64,000 nucleotides of DNA, taken from the NCBI GenBank assembly GCA_965116175.1, contig OZ220490.1, positions 643,548 through 707,547 on the forward strand. The letters are read 5' to 3'. Shown here piece after piece: positions 57,681 to 64,000 of the stretch. Source of the stretch: Bdellovibrionales bacterium. GTDB lineage: Bacteria; Bdellovibrionota; Bdellovibrionia; Bdellovibrionales; UBA1609. Both the position numbers and the translations under genes were made by a program. The stretch's first letter is position 1, and each line of letters opens with the position of its first letter. Under the pieces are notes generated by a model. The model had not been told where the DNA came from. It worked only from the letters and a program-made list of their open reading frames with translations, and did no database searches.

Positions 57681-59890
57681 ACAAAATCCGTTTTTCGCTT
57701 TACACTGACTACATTATCAACCTGACTGAGTCGGGTTATTAATTGATTAGCCTGCCTTAAACCCTTAACTTTTGTATTAAAAGAAACAAAAACTTTAAGG
57801 GAGCCTGTGTGATTAACCTTTAAATTTATAATATTCAAACCAAAAAAATTAAAAGCTTCACTAAGTTTTGAAAGCGTCCCTGGTTTGTCCATACAAACTG
57901 TACTTAAGGTAATAGTGTAGTCGTTATTTTGACTTTGATCGCTTTTCCAACTGACTTCAACAAAACGATCTGGAGAAATTTGAGCCAAAGCCTTGCAAAT
58001 ACTTCTATGAACAACAATTCCCTTTTTCCGGCTTACATAAGCTTTAACATTATCACCAGCAACAGGATAACAACATCTTGCAAAATGAACCATTACATTA
58101 TCAGCTCCCTCTATAACCAAAGGAGAGCCTGAAGATTCCTCTGTAGCTTGCTGATTTACAGAAGATATATCAATTTGATCCAAATAACCGCTGCCTTTAT
58201 CTTTAATTTTCTGCAAATACTCAATGATTTGTTTAAAAACAATTTTTCCAAAACCCAAGTGAATAAACAGATCTTCTTTTTTATGAAGCCCTTTGGATTT
58301 CATAAATTCAGAGAACTGGGGATCAGATAAAATATCCTTCTCACTGATTTTGAACCGGCTGCAGCCGGACTCAAACATTTTTGCTCCTATTTCCATGGAT
58401 TTTTTTCTTTCTTCAGAATTAAAAAAGCTTCTAATAGAGGAAAGAGCTTTAGAAGTAACACAAATTTTTAACCAATCTTTAGAGGGTTTTGGTTTTTTTG
58501 ATGCAATAACCTCTACCCGGTCTCCACTTCTCAGTTTATAATCCAAAGGAACTTGATGACCATTAACTTTAGCGCCTGCTGTTCTTTCTCCAATTTGAGT
58601 GTGTATAGCATAGGCAAAGTCTATAGGGGTGGCTCCTTGTGGAAATTCTTTAATTTCCCCTTCAGGGGTAAAAACATAAATTTCTGATTCAAAAAGATCC
58701 ATTTTGACATTTTCAAGAAACTCTCTTGAATCAACAGAGTTTTGATGCCATGACAGCAAATCCTGCAACCAATTGAATTTATAGAGACTGTTATTTTTGA
58801 TCTCTCTTTTTTTATCTCCCAATTTATACATCCAATGGGCAGCCACCCCTCTTTCAGCCACAAGGTGCATATCATGAGTCCGTATTTGTATTTCAATTTG
58901 CCGTCCTTCCAGACCTAACACAGTGGTATGAAGGCTTTGATAGTTATTCCTTTTAGGCATAGCAATAAAATCCTTAAACCGACCAGGAACAGGTTTCCAA
59001 AGAGCATGAATTAAGCCTAAAATTTCATAACATTCATGCACTTCATCCACACAAATACGAAAAGCCACAATATCATGAATGTCTTCAAAAGAAATATACT
59101 GGCCAGTCATTTTCCGGTATATAGAATATAAATTTTTATATCGGCCTGTAACCTCATAATTCCAAATGCCATTGGATTTTAATTCCTTTTTTAAAAGGCT
59201 CACGACCTTTTCTATATAAATATCTTTATCCTTATTGATTTCCCTCATCTTCTTTTCAAGATTTGCGCATTCTTCCGGATAGGCAAAATTAAAAGATAAA
59301 TCTTCCATTTCCACTTTGATGGCATGCATACCAAGACGAGAGGCTAAGGGGGTATAAATTTCTAAAGTCTCATTAGCTATAGCTGTCTGTTTTTCCTCAG
59401 GCATATATTGAAGGGTTCTCAAGTTATGAAGTCTATCAGCCAACTTAACTAAAATCACACGAACATCCCGTCCCATAGCTACAATCATTTTACGAATATT
59501 TTCACTTTGTTTATGATAGTTATTTCTAAAGTTCATACGGGAAATTTTTGTCACCCCATCAAGCAAAAAAGCTATAGTTTGCCCAAACTCTTTTTCTATA
59601 TCCTGTAAACTGATAGAAGTATCCTCCACAACATCATGAAGCAAAGCTGTAATAATGCTGTCCATATCCATACCCATATCAGCAAGAATGCCCGCTACAC
59701 TCACAGGATGAGTAATATAAGGCTCTCCACTCCGCCTTGTCTGGCCTTCATGAGCTTTTTTGGAATATTCATAAGCTTTTAGAAGCTGTTCCAAATTAAC
59801 TTTTGGACTGCGTTTTTGCAGTTTGATTTTTAAATCATCTATACTGATGGAATGAGAGTTTTCTAAAGTAAGTTTTTGCAAAAGGGCCAC
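57677..59890 (-). CDS. Bifunctional (p)ppGpp synthetase/hydrolase (RelA/SpoT homologue)
   Basis: HD domain HDVVEDT, synthetase region RFKDFIAMPKRNNYQSLHT, and TGS and ACT-like C-terminus. Size is 737 aa. Confidence 0.9.
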   Translation of the reverse strand: MALLQKLTLENSHSISIDDLKIKLQKRSPKVNLEQLLKAYEYSKKAHEGQTRRSGEPYITHPVSVAGILADMGMDMDSIITALLHDVVEDTSISLQDIEKEFGQTIAFLLDGVTKISRMNFRNNYHKQSENIRKMIVAMGRDVRVILVKLADRLHNLRTLQYMPEEKQTAIANETLEIYTPLASRLGMHAIKVEMEDLSFNFAYPEECANLEKKMREINKDKDIYIEKVVSLLKKELKSNGIWNYEVTGRYKNLYSIYRKMTGQYISFEDIHDIVAFRICVDEVHECYEILGLIHALWKPVPGRFKDFIAMPKRNNYQSLHTTVLGLEGRQIEIQIRTHDMHLVAERGVAAHWMYKLGDKKREIKNNSLYKFNWLQDLLSWHQNSVDSREFLENVKMDLFESEIYVFTPEGEIKEFPQGATPIDFAYAIHTQIGERTAGAKVNGHQVPLDYKLRSGDRVEVIASKKPKPSKDWLKICVTSKALSSIRSFFNSEERKKSMEIGAKMFESGCSRFKISEKDILSDPQFSEFMKSKGLHKKEDLFIHLGFGKIVFKQIIEYLQKIKDKGSGYLDQIDISSVNQQATEESSGSPLVIEGADNVMVHFARCCYPVAGDNVKAYVSRKKGIVVHRSICKALAQISPDRFVEVSWKSDQSQNNDYTITLSTVCMDKPGTLSKLSEAFNFFGLNIINLKVNHTGSLKVFVSFNTKVKGLRQANQLITRLSQVDNVVSVKRKTDFV

Positions 59891-60133
59891 ATATGAATTT
59901 TAACAAAAAATTTTATTTTTTACAACAAAGGTTTTAATTTTTGAGTTTTTCAAAGAATTTTTGAAGATAAATTTGTAAAATTTTCCAGATATTGATCCAT
60001 CCGGACAGTCCATTTAAAAAAACAAACATAACAAAAAAGAGTTGGTTTATTTTGATTATAAATTAGCAGATTACTTTAGAATCACAAACTAAAGCTCTGG
60101 GTTGCATTTTTAGCTTTTATTAAACGGGATAAA

Positions 60134-62068
60134 TTACTCTTCTTTTTTATTATAGTCTACATTGATAGTCTCACCATCTCCACTGTTTTTACCAGCGTTA
60201 TTGGAAGAATTTGTCTCCTCTGGTTTTTCTGTTGTCTCTGATTCGGCCTGGTTCTGCTGTCCATGACCATGTTTATAAATTTCTTCAGCAATTTTTTGAG
60301 ATTGCTGTGTAATATTTTCTGTTGCACTCTTTAATTCATCTATATCTATATCCTCTTTTTTCAAGAGCTCCCTAGCTTGCTGAAAAGAAGATTCAGCTGA
60401 TTTTTTTAATTCATCAGAAATATTATCTCCATTTTCTTTCACTATTCTCTCAGTTTGATAAACCTTTTGATCCAACTCATTTTTTAAGCTGATCAACTCT
60501 TTTCTCTTTCTATCCTGCTCTTCATAAACCTGGGCGGATTTAACCATTTGATTGATTTCCTCTTCGCTAAGACTTGGTTTGTCAATGCGGATATTGTGGC
60601 TTTTGCCTGTAGATTGGTTTTTTGCAGAGACATGAATGATACCATTGGAGTCAATATCAAAAGAAACTTCAATTTTAGGCACTCCTCTGGGAGCAGGAGG
60701 AATATCACTTAAATCAAAACGGCCCAAAGTCTTGTTCTCTTTTGCTATACTTCTTTCCCCCTGAAGAACATGAATGGATACTATATTTTGATTATCCTCA
60801 GCTGTAGAAAAAATCTCTGATTTTTTAGTGGGAATGGTTGTATTTTTAGGTATAAGAGTAGTCATGATACCACCTAATGTTTCTATACCTAGAGAAAGAG
60901 GTGTGACATCCAATAGAAGAACATCCTTAACCTCGTTTGATAAAACTCCAGCCTGAACAGCAGCCCCCGCAGCCACAACCTGATCAGGGTTGACTGATTG
61001 ATTTAGCTCTTTCTTAAAAAAAAGTTTAACAGCAGATTGCACTGCTGGAATACGAGTGCTTCCTCCTACCATGATGACTTCATGAATATCATTAATGCTT
61101 AATCCAGCATCTTGTAAAACTATTTTACAGGGTTTCAGAGTTCTCTGCACTAAGTTTTCCGTCAATTGCTCAAATTTAGATCTTGTTAAGGAAATATCAA
61201 GATGTTTTGCCCCTGCCTCTCCAGCTGTTATAAATGGAAGATTAATAGAGGTTTCCTGGGCAGAACTTAACTCTATTTTCGCCTTTTCAGCCGCTTCACG
61301 AAGCCTTTGAAGAGCAATTTTATCCTCTCTTAAGTCAATGCCTTCACTTTTCTTAAATTCATCGGCCAGCCAGTTTAAAATGATTTCATCAAAATCATCT
61401 CCACCAAGACTTGTATCCCCATTGGTGGATTTTACCTCAACCAGCTGATCTGTGATTTCTAAAATAGAAATATCAAAAGTCCCTCCTCCAAAATCATAAA
61501 CAGCAACAAGGCGATTCTCCTTTTTATCCATGCCATAGGCTAAAGACGCAGCCGTCGGTTCATTTATAATCCTTTTGACTTCAAGACCAGCCACTTTTCC
61601 AGCATCTTTTGTAGCTTGTCTTTGAGAATCATTAAAGTAAGCTGGAACTGTAATAACGGCTTTTTTAACTTCCTGGCCCAAATAAGTCTCAGCATCCTTT
61701 TTCAATTTGGATAAAATAAGAGAAGCAATTTTTTCAGGAGAGACTTCTTCATCATTGATTTTAAAAGCACAGGTTTCACTGGATGATTTTTTTACAGTTT
61801 TAAAGGGATAGTTTTTAATTATATCTTTCACTTCAGAAAAGAGCCTTCCAATAAATCTTTTTGAGGAAAAAACAGTATTAACAGGGTTGCTCACAGCCTG
61901 CCTTTTTGCAATTTGGCCAACAAGAATTTCTCCTTTTTTACCAAAAGCCACAACAGAAGGGGTTGTATAAGATCCCTCCGCATTGGTTAAAATTTTAGGT
62001 TTCCCATTCTCAATAATGGAAACAACAGAGTTTGTTGTTCCTAAATCAATACCAATAATTTTTTCCAT
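60134..62068 (-). CDS. dnaK: Molecular chaperone DnaK (Hsp70)
   Basis: Start moved to [14 protein letters not shown], preceded by AGGGAGA. Motifs DLGGGTFD and [15 protein letters not shown] [10 protein letters not shown]. Confidence 0.93.
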   Translation of the reverse strand: MEKIIGIDLGTTNSVVSIIENGKPKILTNAEGSYTTPSVVAFGKKGEILVGQIAKRQAVSNPVNTVFSSKRFIGRLFSEVKDIIKNYPFKTVKKSSSETCAFKINDEEVSPEKIASLILSKLKKDAETYLGQEVKKAVITVPAYFNDSQRQATKDAGKVAGLEVKRIINEPTAASLAYGMDKKENRLVAVYDFGGGTFDISILEITDQLVEVKSTNGDTSLGGDDFDEIILNWLADEFKKSEGIDLREDKIALQRLREAAEKAKIELSSAQETSINLPFITAGEAGAKHLDISLTRSKFEQLTENLVQRTLKPCKIVLQDAGLSINDIHEVIMVGGSTRIPAVQSAVKLFFKKELNQSVNPDQVVAAGAAVQAGVLSNEVKDVLLLDVTPLSLGIETLGGIMTTLIPKNTTIPTKKSEIFSTAEDNQNIVSIHVLQGERSIAKENKTLGRFDLSDIPPAPRGVPKIEVSFDIDSNGIIHVSAKNQSTGKSHNIRIDKPSLSEEEINQMVKSAQVYEEQDRKRKELISLKNELDQKVYQTERIVKENGDNISDELKKSAESSFQQARELLKKEDIDIDELKSATENITQQSQKIAEEIYKHGHGQQNQAESETTEKPEETNSSNNAGKNSGDGETINVDYNKKEE

Positions 62069-62368
62069 AATCTCAATCTCCCTTTTTGATTCATTTGACG
62101 GAAATTCCAAAATACAAACCCCAGCCTCTTCTATAGAAAAAGCCTGAAATTTCCTTTATAGAATAATGTTGAGACAAGAGGTCTTTATGTCAAGTTGAAT
62201 TTTTAAAAAAATTCTCTATATGATTTGAAGTTTTTATCCATACTCCATTTTTGTCTTTTAGCTGAAAAATCTGTCATAGCTCTAAAATAAGGCCAACTTT
62301 TGGCGTTGAACGGCGGAAAGCCCGCTCTACGGCAAAACATACATAATATGTCTGGAGTTGATTTAACT

Positions 62369-62388
62369 GAAAAAACTGCCTATGCAGT
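62369..62388 (-). terminator. Weak intrinsic terminator after the membrane-protein gene
   Basis: On the minus strand: ACTGC-ATAG-GCAGT followed by TTTTTC. Confidence 0.3.
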
Positions 62389-62432
62389 GAAATAATAACG
62401 CTCAATTTTTGAGAAATGCAATTAAGGATTGC

Positions 62433-63134
62433 TCAACAGGAAATGCTTTCCCCTCTATGTTTTTTTAATGCAAAATAAAATTGACTATGGAACAGTAAAA
62501 CAAGACAGGAAAAATAAAATTTAACAACAAGGGAAAAACTGCTTTTTATAAATGGAGGGAGGAAAGAGGGAAAAACAAAATTGATAGGCTCCGGCAAAAC
62601 AGCAAAAACAGCTCCACAAATTAAAGCCAGGATAATCAACCAAAAATATCCTCTTGTAGTTTTATCAGCCGCTTTTAAGGCTGAAAGTTGATTCTGCTTG
62701 TAAAGATCATCAAAAAAAACAGTGTGAATAAGAAATGTATAACGAATGGCTTTATACACTCCTGGAATAATCAAAAAGAGAAAGAAAAGTAAAATAACTA
62801 AAACAGCTTTAATCTGATTAAAAACCACAGGCCAAACAGTATCTCTTATAAAAGTCCAAAAAGGCCTTATATCTTTATCCCTGTTATTGGATTTATAGGC
62901 ATAGTAGGGAATCATAAAAACAATAAATACCTTTGACAATATATTAAGAATTACGGAAGCGGCAAACAAAACTGTAGACGAATCACCACTTCCAGAAGAT
63001 GAGAAAAGACCAAGAGAAAACAAAACAAAGAGAGAAAAACCTATAAAATAAAAACCAAAATATTTATTGATCTCTTTTAAAACATAAGGACTGCTTTTAA
63101 CAGTCTGTTTTAAACTGGCTTTCAAGATTCCCAT
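62433..63134 (-). CDS. Polytopic membrane protein, hypothetical
   Basis: 233 aa with about 6 hydrophobic segments. It sits between dnaJ and dnaK on the same strand. Confidence 0.55.
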   Translation of the reverse strand: MGILKASLKQTVKSSPYVLKEINKYFGFYFIGFSLFVLFSLGLFSSSGSGDSSTVLFAASVILNILSKVFIVFMIPYYAYKSNNRDKDIRPFWTFIRDTVWPVVFNQIKAVLVILLFFLFLIIPGVYKAIRYTFLIHTVFFDDLYKQNQLSALKAADKTTRGYFWLIILALICGAVFAVLPEPINFVFPSFLPPFIKSSFSLVVKFYFSCLVLLFHSQFYFALKKHRGESISC

Positions 63135-63484
63135 TCCTTGAGCTTATAATTTTAAAAAGCCAACTGTCAACACTAATATATCTTTGACTGACTTACCTAT
63201 GTCTTGATATATGGATTGAGTTTGATTTTGGTGATGCTGTTTTTAACTGATATATAATTTTTGCTTTAAATTTTTAGGATTCTTGTTAAGATAAAACTAA
63301 CCTTTTATCAAAGGACAAAATTTGAAACTGAGTTTTGTTTTAAATGCCATGTTGCTGAAAGCTCATTATGACAATAAAATATCCATCTGAAAACTTGAAT
63401 TGACTTTGACATGAGAATTTTATCTATCAAGTGAAAATGAATAAAAATACAGAAGACAGAAATTTCAAACACAATTAGTATATA

Positions 63485-64000
63485 TTAAAAAAATTTGCTC
63501 TTTTTAACTGAAATGGATTCTTTCTTTAAATCAGCTATTTCCCTTAAAAGCTCCTCTTCCTTTTTCTTCAATTTTTTAGGTAATTTCACTTTAATCTCAC
63601 AAATTAAATCCCCTCTCACAGGATTATCAAGGCTGGGCAATCCCCTATGAGCCAATCTGATTTGAGTTCCAGGCTGTGTTCCAGGAGAAATGTTTATTTT
63701 TTCTGTATCTGTAAGCCCTTCAAAGGATTTTTCTGTCCCAAGCAAAGCCTGAAGATAAGTGATAGAAACAGAGATTTTTATATCTCTGCCTTTTTTTACA
63801 AATAAAGGATGAGGCTTTAAACACACTTCCAAATAAAAGTCCCCGTAAACAGCCCCTTGAGGGCCTGGCTCTCCTTCTCCCTGAAGACGAAGTCTCGTGC
63901 CATTATTTACCCCTGGGGGAATTTTTACAGTTAAAGTCCTCTTTTTGCGGACAATCCCTTTGCCGTAACAACTTCCACAGGGGCTTTCCAATACTGTCCC
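63485..64000 (-). CDS. dnaJ: Molecular chaperone DnaJ, C-terminal part (5' end beyond window)
   Basis: Last zinc-finger repeat CGSCYGKG, then the CTD pattern KIPPGVNNGTRLRLQGEGEPG...GDLICEIKVKLPKKL. The frame stays open to the window edge. Confidence 0.85.
   Translation of the reverse strand, partial: GTVLESPCGSCYGKGIVRKKRTLTVKIPPGVNNGTRLRLQGEGEPGPQGAVYGDFYLEVCLKPHPLFVKKGRDIKISVSITYLQALLGTEKSFEGLTDTEKINISPGTQPGTQIRLAHRGLPSLDNPVRGDLICEIKVKLPKKLKKKEEELLREIADLKKESISVKKSKFF

Noticed and set aside
62111-62330. Search for a CIRCE operator or sigma-32 promoter upstream of dnaK
   Set aside because: Only a CTTGACA -35-like hexamer was found. There is no TTAGCACTC-N9-GAGTGCTAA and no CCCCAT -10, so no regulatory call was made.

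Overview
AT-rich chromosomal segment, roughly one-third G+C by eye, from a diderm (Gram-negative type) bacterium. I cannot assign the lineage from sequence alone. Lnt, a YfgM-like/BamB-like pair, many lipobox lipoproteins and a sigma-54-activator-like gene fit a proteobacteria-like or Bdellovibrionota-like organism. The housekeeping backbone is well supported by motifs: dacB-like PBP4, ldcA-like, Leu/Glu-type dehydrogenase, scpA/scpB, M50 protease, folD, a 3-gene ABC system, lnt, resB-like, mrp/apbC, topA, peroxiredoxin, guaB, miaB, relA/spoT, dnaK and partial dnaJ. There are three tRNAs: Gly-GCC, Arg-CCT and Val-TAC. Two accessory, decayed regions interrupt the backbone. (1) About 4.3-19.5 kb lies between ldcA and the dehydrogenase gene. 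It opens with a degraded IS481-like end. It then carries a ~1,290-codon metzincin-motif lipoprotein gene split by an intact IS481-family element with a 7-bp target duplication, two secreted beta-rich proteins, a 1,674-aa orphan lipoprotein with an internal module duplication and a Cys-rich block, a BspA-type LRR protein built from near-identical 66-bp repeats, and a frameshifted BrnT-like toxin remnant. This cluster is my best candidate for an undescribed cell-surface system. (2) About 38.0-46.3 kb holds a tRNA-Arg/tRNA-Val-bracketed scar (IS3 rve remnant abutting a tyrosine-integrase C-terminal remnant) followed by orphan genes. Those include a lipoprotein with 48-bp and 45-bp tandem repeats and a sigma-54-activator-like protein lacking GAFTGA, Walker B and any sensor domain. 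No CRISPR array, rRNA or recognisable defence operon was seen. All calls rest on manual motif reading of the supplied translations and DNA; no database search was possible.
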